Shown here one piece after another: positions 49,639 through 57,126 of a stretch of DNA of 57,126 nucleotides; within the stretch, counting starts at the first letter, position 1, and each line of letters opens with the position of its first letter. The DNA is taken from positions 1 to 57,126 of IMG/VR virus record IMGVR_UViG_3300033180_000002; one strand, written 5' to 3'. The translations under genes and the position numbers were made by a program. This stretch comes from a virus. A model generated the notes under the pieces. The model did not search any database. It worked only from the letters and a program-made list of their open reading frames with translations, and was not told where the DNA came from.

Positions 49639-51681
49639 TCACTCCTGGACCAGGGCGACGAGAAGATCACCCATGGCGTCATCGTAATCGGCGCTGCGGT
49701 CCACCGTCGTGGCCGCAGCAACCAGCTCGCCCCATTCGGCCGCCCGCGCGTCCCGGGCCTTCGCCTCCTGCTGCTCGGCGAGCATCCCCCGGGCGATGGC
49801 CCGGCCGAGGGCGTCGGTGTCGAGCGGCGCCGCCCCGGCCATCACCGTCTCGTCCTCGTCACCGACGAGCGGCAGGGCCCCGGCGGCAACGAGGCTGATC
49901 ACCTGCTCCTCCTCGTCGAAGGGAGCGGAGCCGTCCAGCGCTGACGCCGTCATGGCGCGGGGGATCGGGAACCCCGGCGTGATGACGTGCAGGGCGGCCA
50001 TCATCTCCAGGTTTCCGCCGATGCGCCGCCAGTCGCCGGACAGCGGGGTGGCCCGCATGGTGCGCACCGCCGCATCGTCAGCCTCGGGGACGAGGGCACC
50101 GGCCACCCAGATGCCGAACTGGTCTTCGCCCGCGCGCACGAGGGCGCCCAGGCTGGTGGTGCTGTCGTAGTGCTCGGCCGCCGCCCGGTAGCCCAGGTTC
50201 GGCCCGGCATGGCCACCCTTGCCGTACGACAGGCGGCCCACGGGGATGCGGGCGCCGTCGGCAGTGGCCACCTCGCCGGTGTGGAAGTAGGCGTAGTCGG
50301 TGCGCGACTTCGGGGCAACCGTGCAGGAGTCGCCGATACCGACGTGGCAGGTGTCCCAGGCGGCAAGGTGGCCGTACACGCGGCCGTCGTCGGCGATGTG
50401 CAGCGGTGTCGGGCCGGACAGTTTCGGGTCGTCGAACCATTCCTTCGGCGGGGCGTCCGGGGCGGCCCCGGCCAGGAGTGCGGCCATCTTCGCTCCGGCC
50501 TTCCAGTTGTCGGGCAGGCTACCTTCGCAGCCCTTGCGTTTGGCGATGGCGGTCAGCCGGGCCTTGAACTTCGCGTAGGGAATCTGCGGCTTGGCGCGGC
50601 CGTAGGAGCTGACGGCGTCGGGGATGTCGGCGCAGGTGGCGATCGGGAACCGGCGGCCGTCCGGGTCGACGAAATCGGCGTCGTCGAGCTCGCTGCGGAC
50701 GCCCGCCTTGGTGACGTCCGGCGCGGCGTAGGTGCCGCCGCCCATGCCGCCGCCGCCCTGACCCTGCTCGCCGTCGCCACCGGGCGTCTCCGCCCCGCCG
50801 GACTTCTGCTTGGTCTGGGAGGGGAGGCGCCGCTTGGCGAACTCCTCATCGGACAGCTCGATGCCGGATCCCTCGTCGGCCATCTCCTGCGTGTCCTGGG
50901 AGCCGTCCACGTTGGGCTTCTTCTTGGTCTTGCGATTGGGAATGGGGCTGACTGCCTTGCCAGGGGCGACCGCGCCGTCCGACAGCACGTTCCCGGCCAT
51001 CTCGGCGTCGTTTTCGATCTTGGCGTCCCAGACCACATCAGCCCAGTCGAGCTCGACGAGGGCGCCAGCGACCATCGCGGACGAGGTCGTGCCGTCCACA
51101 TTCGGGTCGGACGAGTCGATCGGGATCAGCTTCGCGTGGCCGGACAGCTCGGCGAACGCGGGGATGTGCACGAGGGTGGCGGAGGCGACCCGGCCGGAAC
51201 GGACCATCTTCAGGTGCGGCCCGTCGTAGCCCTCAGCGGCCATGACGGGGCCGCCGCAGCCGCAGTCGCCACCGTGGGCCATCTTCGCGGCCTTCAGCTT
51301 GCCCGCCTGCGCCTTCTTCCAGACGGCGTACGCCTTCGGCTCGGGCACCCGCTCCATCTCGGCGGTGTCGAGGTCGACGGACGGACCGATCACCTTGTTC
51401 TGGGTGAACTTCATCGCGGCCGTGGCGGCGTTGCGCACATCCTCCGGCCACGACTCGTCGTCGTAGAACTCGCCCTTGGCCGGAAGCATCCCGGCCTTCT
51501 CCTTGCCGATGCTGGCGATGTGCCCGACGATCACGGCGTTGGCGTGCCCGCCGGAGTCGCTGGCCACGTACCGCAGGGGCAGCGGCAGGTCGCGGTGGGA
51601 CAGGGCGCCAGCGTCGAACTGGCGGCCGTCACCGGTCGGCTTACCGATGACGGCGATTGGCATCTGCCAGGCGGTTCCCAT
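49639..51681 (-). CDS. capsid maturation protease (680 aa)
   Basis: The N-terminus PIAVIGKPTGDGRQFDAGALSHRDLPLPLRYV and the later YGHLAAWDTCHVGIGDSC resemble actinophage prohead proteases. It sits upstream of the capsid region. Confidence 0.6.
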   Translation of the reverse strand: MGTAWQMPIAVIGKPTGDGRQFDAGALSHRDLPLPLRYVASDSGGHANAVIVGHIASIGKEKAGMLPAKGEFYDDESWPEDVRNAATAAMKFTQNKVIGPSVDLDTAEMERVPEPKAYAVWKKAQAGKLKAAKMAHGGDCGCGGPVMAAEGYDGPHLKMVRSGRVASATLVHIPAFAELSGHAKLIPIDSSDPNVDGTTSSAMVAGALVELDWADVVWDAKIENDAEMAGNVLSDGAVAPGKAVSPIPNRKTKKKPNVDGSQDTQEMADEGSGIELSDEEFAKRRLPSQTKQKSGGAETPGGDGEQGQGGGGMGGGTYAAPDVTKAGVRSELDDADFVDPDGRRFPIATCADIPDAVSSYGRAKPQIPYAKFKARLTAIAKRKGCEGSLPDNWKAGAKMAALLAGAAPDAPPKEWFDDPKLSGPTPLHIADDGRVYGHLAAWDTCHVGIGDSCTVAPKSRTDYAYFHTGEVATADGARIPVGRLSYGKGGHAGPNLGYRAAAEHYDSTTSLGALVRAGEDQFGIWVAGALVPEADDAAVRTMRATPLSGDWRRIGGNLEMMAALHVITPGFPIPRAMTASALDGSAPFDEEEQVISLVAAGALPLVGDEDETVMAGAAPLDTDALGRAIARGMLAEQQEAKARDARAAEWGELVAAATTVDRSADYDDAMGDLLVALVQE
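51010..51019 (-). repeat. AT-rich motif copy (GATCGAAAAC)
   Basis: Context CAAGATCGAAAACGA; within the protease in sense, read K-I-E-N. Confidence 0.8.
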
Positions 51682-51709
51682 GCGCTACCCCTTTTCGTTG
51701 CTGCTCAGG

Positions 51710-51826
51710 TTACAGCCAGAGCGCGCCACTCTGGCCACCGACGATCAGGGCCAGTCCGGCGATGATGACCAGGGCGCCGGGGGCGAGGTCCACGGCCAGC
51801 CCGATTGCGTTGGCGATCCGCTTCAC
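51710..51826 (-). CDS. small membrane peptide (38 aa)
   Basis: Hand translation gives VKRIANAIGLAVDLAPGALVIIAGLALIVGGQSGALWL*. It has a GTGA overlap. Confidence 0.35.
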   Translation of the reverse strand: MKRIANAIGLAVDLAPGALVIIAGLALIVGGQSGALWL

Positions 51827-52002
51827 TTCGACCACACGCCGTTCTTGTCGCAGGTCAGGTGCAGGGTGCGGTGGGCGTAGACGCTACCGGGGGTAGGGCA
51901 GGGCTGCCCGGCGGCCGGGCCGTTGTCGCATCCGGCCAGGATGACCAGCAGCAGCGCGAACAGTCCGGTGCTCGTGGGCCACGGCCGAGGGTTGGGGTTC
52001 AT
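51823..52002 (-). CDS. small lipoprotein (59 aa)
   Basis: Hand translation gives MNPNPRPWPTSTGLFALLLVILAGCDNGPAAGQPCPTPGS.... It has the lipobox LAGC and a GAAGGAGG ribosome-binding site. Confidence 0.5.
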   Translation of the reverse strand: MNPNPRPWPTSTGLFALLLVILAGCDNGPAAGQPCPTPGSVYAHRTLHLTCDKNGVWSK

Positions 52003-52041
52003 GACGTCCTCCTTCTGTCAGCTCACACCATACGGCCGCTG

Positions 52042-52278
52042 TCAAATGCCCTGCTGGTCGGGCAGGTCGGCTGGATCATCCCAGGACTGACGGGGACGCT
52101 GCTCGATCTGTGTGACGAGGTGCTGCACGCCGAGCGGCAGCTTCTCCCACGTGGCCGCATCCTGGCCGCCCGCAGCGGTCCACGCCGCGATGATCTGCGC
52201 GCGCTCGTCAGGGTGCACGTCGGTGCTCCCCAGGGCCTCGCCGAGACGGAGGAACAGCTTGCCTACGGAACTACTCAT
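52042..52278 (-). CDS. hypothetical protein (78 aa)
   Basis: ORF track entry. It has an ATGA overlap with the giant gene's stop. Confidence 0.55.
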   Translation of the reverse strand: MSSSVGKLFLRLGEALGSTDVHPDERAQIIAAWTAAGGQDAATWEKLPLGVQHLVTQIEQRPRQSWDDPADLPDQQGI

Positions 52279-55200
52279 CCCGGCTCCTTCTGGAGAATCA
52301 ACACAGAACGGTTCAGCCAGTTGAAGGCGGGCTTGCCGGGCTGGGCAACGTGGCGGGCGCCGCCGCCAGGGGACATGTGGTGCGTTTCGATCTCGATACC
52401 GTCGATACCCTTCGCTGCGGCGTAGCGGCCCGGGTCGTAGAAAGTGGAGTCCTCGTAGCCGCCACCCTTGGCTTTCGACGCGCGAGGGTTGGCGTGCGAC
52501 TTCTTCGCCACCTTGTCGTACTTCTCGGTGACCGCACTCTTCGGGATGAGCAGGCGCACGATGGATCCCTTGGTGCTGTCCGCGTACTGGGTGGCCACCG
52601 ACTTTTGCGTTGCCAGGTAGTAGCCGTTCCCGAAGATGCCCTTGCCGTAGTAGGCGGGGCCGGAGCGCATCTCCTCGTTGATCTCCTCGGCGGTCTTGCC
52701 GTTCGACCGACCGCTACGCCAGTTGCGTCCACCGGCGCCGGACGTGCCGCGCCACGCCTCGATGTAGTCGCCAGTCGCGAGCAGCCGGTCGATCTCCTTC
52801 TTGTCGAGCACGGTCGGGGTGTCGTCGAAGCCCTGCTGGGCGCCGATCGCGGCCAACCGGCCGTCGGCGGTCTTGCCGTCGTACAGCTTGCGGTCGTTCT
52901 TGATCGTCTGCCGCTGGGCGTCGAACGTGGCCTTGTCGGGGATCAGATCCTTCCCCTTCGACTGCTTGTGGGCGTGCGGCCAGGCGTTGAACGTGGCGGG
53001 TGCCTGACGGCCGCCGGACGGCATGCGGAGCCGCCCCAGCCGCTTGGTGACCGGGCCGGGCCGGGCGATCTGGCCCAGCGTCGTGCCCGTGGCGCCCTGC
53101 GGGAACAGGGAGATGACGTTCGTTTCCAGCTTGCCGCCCGCGATGGGGTGATGCAGCTTGCCGCTGGCGTCGAGAGCCTTGATCTCGGCCTCGGTCATCC
53201 ACTTCGCGTCGGAGGTCTCCGCGCGGGCGTGGGCCGTCGACAGGTCCGGCTTGATCATCGTCGGGACCGAGGCGGCCACCGTCGTGTACTTCCACGGGTG
53301 GCCCGGGACCGAGAACGTGTGGTCGCCGTGCACGAGGGCGTCCTTGAACACGTCGTCCTTGAGGCCCAGCTCCTCGATCGTCTCGCGGGTGGCGCCCTGG
53401 TGCGGGGTTTCCTTCGAGTCGCTGGCGCCGCCGGGGAACGTCCACTTGCCGGGGTCGCTGATGGCGGGGCCGCGCTGGACCATCAGGTAGCGCTTCTCGC
53501 CGGTCTGCGGGTCGGTGTGCTGGAGGAGCAGCCCGGCCGCGCCGTGCGCCCCCCAGACCCGGCCGCCGCCGGGGAGGCTGATCCACCTGTCGCCGGACTG
53601 GCCGCTGTCCTTGGCCTTCTCTAGGCCCTTGAGCGGGGTGGCGTAGCGGACCTGGCCGGGGACCGCATTGGCCGGGGGGATGATCGCGCCGGTCGGGACC
53701 TGGCCGGACGGGGTACCGGCCGGGGTGAACCGGTCGATCAGCTTGCGGGCCTTGTCGGCGGAAGGCCCCTTCGCCGTGGTCGCGATGAACGACAGGTCGC
53801 CGAGGAGGTGGCCCTGCTCCTGGCCGTTGAGCGCGCTGAAGTCGGAGCCGCGCAGCGCACCGTACGTGGAGAGCTGGTGGGCCATGGTGTGCGACTTGCC
53901 GGACGCGTGGACGCCGTAGATGGTGTCCAGGGCGGCCTGCACGTGCGGCGGCACGTTCGCCTGCACGGTCGTCGGCGTGAACCCGGACGGGCTGGCAGCC
54001 GGGGCCGCCGGGTGGAACTTCGCGTTCAGGGCCTGCTGAGATGCGCCGGGGAGCGCTTTGATCCGCTCGTCGATGGCGTCGCGGTACGTCTTGTCCAGGG
54101 AGTCGAAGTCGGCCTTGGGGAGGTCGGTGAGTGTCATCTCCACGGCGAAGTCGCTGAAGGCGCCGCCCGGAGCGGACTGGGAGATGGCGTCGATCTGGTC
54201 GATGTTGAGCTGAGCTGCGGCGTCGCCGAGGTTGAAGTCTTTTGTCCGTAGCGCGTTGTATCGGATCGGGAGGGGAAGGCTCCCGTCGTGTGCGATCTTG
54301 TCCAGGTCGGCGTGAATCAGATCTTGGTCGCCCTGGCTCATGGTGCGGAATTTCGAGATCGGTACGTCGGCGTACACCCGGGTACGGTCGAACGGATTGA
54401 TGATCTTCGTTCCGAAGTTGGCGATGTCCGAAGCGGCCCGCACATCGCGGTCAGCGTAGGAGGTCCGCATCCCCTGGAGGTGGTCAACCAGGGTGGAGGG
54501 CATCACCTTGAACGGGTTGTCCTGCGGCGACCAGGTGAGGACGGGCCCGCCACGCTCGGCGCGGACCTGCGCCTCCTCCAGATGGGAGGTGATGGCGGCC
54601 TGGGTGAACGAGGGTAGCGACTGGTAGTCAGCCGGATCCAGCCTGCGGTAGGTGTCGACAAGCCCCGTGGAAATGAACGGCTTGGCGGCGGCCTGGGCAG
54701 CATCGAGCTGGGCCCCGGTGAACGGGTGCCCCTGCAACTGCCGCAGGGCGATCTGCGTGCCGGTCTTCGCGTGATTGTTGCCCTGCGACAGGATCCGGTC
54801 GGCGAGCGCCCTGCGGACGTTCATCTTCGCGGCGTCGGACAGCGCGTTGAACTCGTCGAGGCGTTCCTGCGGCACTTCGACGTCGCTGCTGGAGATGTGC
54901 AGGAGGTTGTCCACCACGTGGTTGCGGGTGGCCAGCGACCAGGGGCTGCCGGTGGGCACGCCCGGGTCGCCGCGTAGCCCCGTTTCGATGAGGTGCAGGC
55001 GCAGCGCTTTGACGGCTTCGGCGTGGATCGGGTGGGAGGAGGTCAGGTCGGCTTCGGAGGCCCGGAAGATGGCCGTGATGTCGGATGAGGTGAGCCGGGG
55101 GGCGGGCTCGTAGTTGTGCTTGTTTTGCGCCATCTGGATCGAGTTGTACTGCGGGCCGCCGTACGGGCTTTCGATCATGGAGGCGCGCAGCCAGAGCGGC

Positions 55201-57077
55201 AGCGTCGGGTTGTCCTCGGCGACCCGACGCGCTTCCTTCGCCAGGACGGCGCCGGGGGACGTGGGGTCGCCGTACTTCGTCGGGGCCTGGACCCGGGCGT
55301 GCAGGAATTCCGACCACAGCGCGTCGGCATCGACCTTGCCCGCACGGAAGTCCGCCTCGGCCTGCCGCATCCGGTGGACGCCTGGGTGCAGGCCGGTGTA
55401 CTTCGTGATGGCCGCTTCGGCGTCCTTGTCGGCGGGCGCACTGCTGTGCAGCTCCTGTAGCGCGTCGGTGATCTTGCGCTGTTCCTCCGGCTTGGCGGCG
55501 TCAAACTGCGGCTTCGACAGGGCGGAGAGCGCCTTGACTCGGTCGGCGCGCGGAATGGTGAGGAGGTTCGCCGACCGGATGGCGTCGGACAGCGCCGCCG
55601 CGTCCTTGGCGCCCCTGGTCTGCGCCTCGGCGTGCAGCTCGTTCAGCGACGGCTCGTGGTCGCGCTTGGTGCTGTCGGGCTGCGGCCCGGCGTCGATCAT
55701 CTTCTTCAGAGCGGCGGCGCGGAAGGCGGTGTGCGGGGTGGACGACTTGTGGTTCGCGATGAAGTCGAGCCGGGCGGTGATGGTCCGGCGGTCGGCTGCG
55801 TCGAGCCTGCCGATCGAAGTATGGCTGAGCTGCCCGACCCGTTTGATCACATCATCCGAGGGGGCGGCGCTGGCTGCCGCCTTGACGGCTTCGTTCATCG
55901 GGTCGCTGTAGCCCTTGGCGGTGGGAGATGCCGGGCTGACCGGGGCCGGGTGTCTTGATCCAAAACGATCGAGGAGATCCGTCGCGGCCTGCCGCTTCTT
56001 CGGGTCGAGGAACTTCGCCTTGGCGTTGGCGAGGTCGTCGCGGATCGCCTTCTGCTCGGCCGGGGCGAGGCTGTCGAACTCGGCCTTGGACAGCTTGCCG
56101 TACGCGTCGAGGTGGGTCTTGGCCATCTGCGCCTTGGGGGCGCTGCGGTTGGCTACGGCGTTGGCGTGCTGGACGTGCGCGGCGGTGCCCGGCGCGAGGG
56201 GAGCGGACGGGGTGGGGCCGGACGGGGCGCCAGGGGCGGCCGGTGGTGGCGGCGCCGTCGGGGGCAGAGCGTTGCCGCCGTGGGTGTTGGCATGGTCGTG
56301 GGCGTACTTCTCCAGGGCGGCCTGCGTCGAGCTGGTGCGGATCAGCTTCCCGTTGTGCTTGAGGCTGTAGCCCGCGCTGTCGCGGGTGATCCGGTAGCCG
56401 CTGGGCAGGCCCACCGAGGTCGAGGAGACGGAGCCGCCAGGGAGTGGCTTGTTCAGGATGCCGTTTTGATCGCGGGTGCCCCTGCTGGGCGAGGGGGCCG
56501 GAGCGGGCAGTTGCGGCGTCTTGGCGGCCTGGCCGAGGCTGACCTTGCCCGGCGTCGGGACGGGGTGGGAGCCGGGCGCCTTACCGCCGGGCGCGGCGGA
56601 AACGCTCGGGGCGGGCAGCTTGGCCAGCAGGGCTTCGGCCTTGGTCTGCTGCGGGCCGAAGCCGCGCGCCTTGATGGCGGTCAGCTCGTTGCGGATGGTC
56701 GTCTTGTCGGCGTCGGGTAGGCCAGCCCACTCCTGCGGGGTGATCTTGTCGGCCTTGTCCAGCTTGTAGGTGTCGGTGACCTTCGGCTGGGTGATGACGA
56801 ACGCGGGGCCGCGACCGGCGACGGTCGGCTTCTTCTGCTTCGGCCCGAGCGGTAGCGGCGGGGGCGTCTTGACCTGGACGCCTGCCGCCTTGGTGACGGC
56901 CTGCCCGGCGGTGTGTGCCTGCCCTCCGGCGAGGTCAGCCTTCTGGTTGACCTGCCCGAGCGGTACGGCCTGCGCGTTGTGGGCCGGGTGGGTGGGGGCG
57001 GGCTTCGCCTTGATCTCCGTCAGCAGGCGGCGGGGGATGGGTTTGCCCTGGGAGCGCAAGTCGGCGATGCGCTTCAC
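52275..57077 (-). CDS. giant protein, main body (1,600 of about 1,700 aa): degenerate helical repeats + Nudix hydrolase domain + C-terminal ADP-ribosyltransferase domain
   Basis: The Nudix box is GGASDSKETPHQGATRETIEELGL (about 53361-53432). The ART-like R/S-T/ExE elements are YIEAWRGTS, GYYLATQKS and GIDGIEIE (about 52275-52890). The true start is the ATG at 378 in the first repeat copy. Confidence 0.8.
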   Translation of the reverse strand: MKRIADLRSQGKPIPRRLLTEIKAKPAPTHPAHNAQAVPLGQVNQKADLAGGQAHTAGQAVTKAAGVQVKTPPPLPLGPKQKKPTVAGRGPAFVITQPKVTDTYKLDKADKITPQEWAGLPDADKTTIRNELTAIKARGFGPQQTKAEALLAKLPAPSVSAAPGGKAPGSHPVPTPGKVSLGQAAKTPQLPAPAPSPSRGTRDQNGILNKPLPGGSVSSTSVGLPSGYRITRDSAGYSLKHNGKLIRTSSTQAALEKYAHDHANTHGGNALPPTAPPPPAAPGAPSGPTPSAPLAPGTAAHVQHANAVANRSAPKAQMAKTHLDAYGKLSKAEFDSLAPAEQKAIRDDLANAKAKFLDPKKRQAATDLLDRFGSRHPAPVSPASPTAKGYSDPMNEAVKAAASAAPSDDVIKRVGQLSHTSIGRLDAADRRTITARLDFIANHKSSTPHTAFRAAALKKMIDAGPQPDSTKRDHEPSLNELHAEAQTRGAKDAAALSDAIRSANLLTIPRADRVKALSALSKPQFDAAKPEEQRKITDALQELHSSAPADKDAEAAITKYTGLHPGVHRMRQAEADFRAGKVDADALWSEFLHARVQAPTKYGDPTSPGAVLAKEARRVAEDNPTLPLWLRASMIESPYGGPQYNSIQMAQNKHNYEPAPRLTSSDITAIFRASEADLTSSHPIHAEAVKALRLHLIETGLRGDPGVPTGSPWSLATRNHVVDNLLHISSSDVEVPQERLDEFNALSDAAKMNVRRALADRILSQGNNHAKTGTQIALRQLQGHPFTGAQLDAAQAAAKPFISTGLVDTYRRLDPADYQSLPSFTQAAITSHLEEAQVRAERGGPVLTWSPQDNPFKVMPSTLVDHLQGMRTSYADRDVRAASDIANFGTKIINPFDRTRVYADVPISKFRTMSQGDQDLIHADLDKIAHDGSLPLPIRYNALRTKDFNLGDAAAQLNIDQIDAISQSAPGGAFSDFAVEMTLTDLPKADFDSLDKTYRDAIDERIKALPGASQQALNAKFHPAAPAASPSGFTPTTVQANVPPHVQAALDTIYGVHASGKSHTMAHQLSTYGALRGSDFSALNGQEQGHLLGDLSFIATTAKGPSADKARKLIDRFTPAGTPSGQVPTGAIIPPANAVPGQVRYATPLKGLEKAKDSGQSGDRWISLPGGGRVWGAHGAAGLLLQHTDPQTGEKRYLMVQRGPAISDPGKWTFPGGASDSKETPHQGATRETIEELGLKDDVFKDALVHGDHTFSVPGHPWKYTTVAASVPTMIKPDLSTAHARAETSDAKWMTEAEIKALDASGKLHHPIAGGKLETNVISLFPQGATGTTLGQIARPGPVTKRLGRLRMPSGGRQAPATFNAWPHAHKQSKGKDLIPDKATFDAQRQTIKNDRKLYDGKTADGRLAAIGAQQGFDDTPTVLDKKEIDRLLATGDYIEAWRGTSGAGGRNWRSGRSNGKTAEEINEEMRSGPAYYGKGIFGNGYYLATQKSVATQYADSTKGSIVRLLIPKSAVTEKYDKVAKKSHANPRASKAKGGGYEDSTFYDPGRYAAAKGIDGIEIETHHMSPGGGARHVAQPGKPAFNWLNRSVLILQKEPG

Positions 57078-57126
57078 GCGCCGGGCGTTGGCCTTCTCGA
57101 CCCGGGCCTCTTCGATCTGCTTGTAC
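57000..57126. repeat. Exact terminal direct repeat, copy 2
   Basis: Identical to 1..127. The offset of 56,999 is derived from the ORF-track end 57077 versus the GTG at 78..76. Confidence 0.9.

Noticed and set aside
397-51019. The recurring K/M-I-E/K-N peptide as a conserved protein motif.
   Set aside because: The same DNA word occurs antisense to genes, in intergenic DNA and once in a different reading frame (386..568), so conservation is at the nucleotide level.
1-57126. CRISPR arrays, rRNA genes, transposases or IS elements, reverse transcriptase or DGR, and integrase.
   Set aside because: I saw no regularly spaced direct repeats, no rRNA-like segments and no transposase, RT or recombinase motifs in the six-frame translations. 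This is a visual screen only, not an HMM search.

Overview
This window is a genome-length contig of a GC-rich tailed phage that looks like an actinobacteriophage siphovirus. The first 127 bases recur exactly at the end, so the unit is about 56,999 bp and is either circularly closed or terminally redundant. Most genes sit on the minus strand in one long late series: small and large terminase, portal, MuF, then across the window junction a roughly 1,700-aa protein, capsid protease, capsid, connectors, tape measure, minor tails and lysis. A plus-strand early/replication block spans about 17.0-24.2 kb. It holds an HTH protein, an initiator-like gene with iterons, an ERF recombinase, a HicA-like protein, an Ltp-like lipoprotein and an HNH endonuclease. 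Mixed-orientation accessory islands lie at 10.5-11.1 kb and 44.2-49.6 kb. I found no integrase, repressor, CRISPR array or rRNA. Five things stand out. (1) An asymmetric AT-rich 15-bp motif, CA(A/T)GATC(G/A)AAAAC(G/A)A, occurs at least 15 times on both strands, in coding, antisense and intergenic positions. (2) A roughly 2.4-kb non-coding stretch (7.06-9.41 kb), plus one locus at 21.0 kb, carries tRNA-like genes. By hand folding their acceptor, D and T arms look normal, but their anticodon arms are consistently non-canonical. (3) The giant gene is split by the linearisation point. It encodes about ten degenerate helical repeats, a Nudix domain and a C-terminal R-S-E type ADP-ribosyltransferase, and a stand-alone macrodomain gene lies next to the portal. 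(4) A two-domain glycosyltransferase plus methyltransferase cassette sits beside a capsid gene that has a Ser/Thr-rich C-terminal tail. (5) A papain-family (C1) cysteine peptidase lies inside the tail-gene block. All product calls come from motif recognition by eye, and no database search was run.
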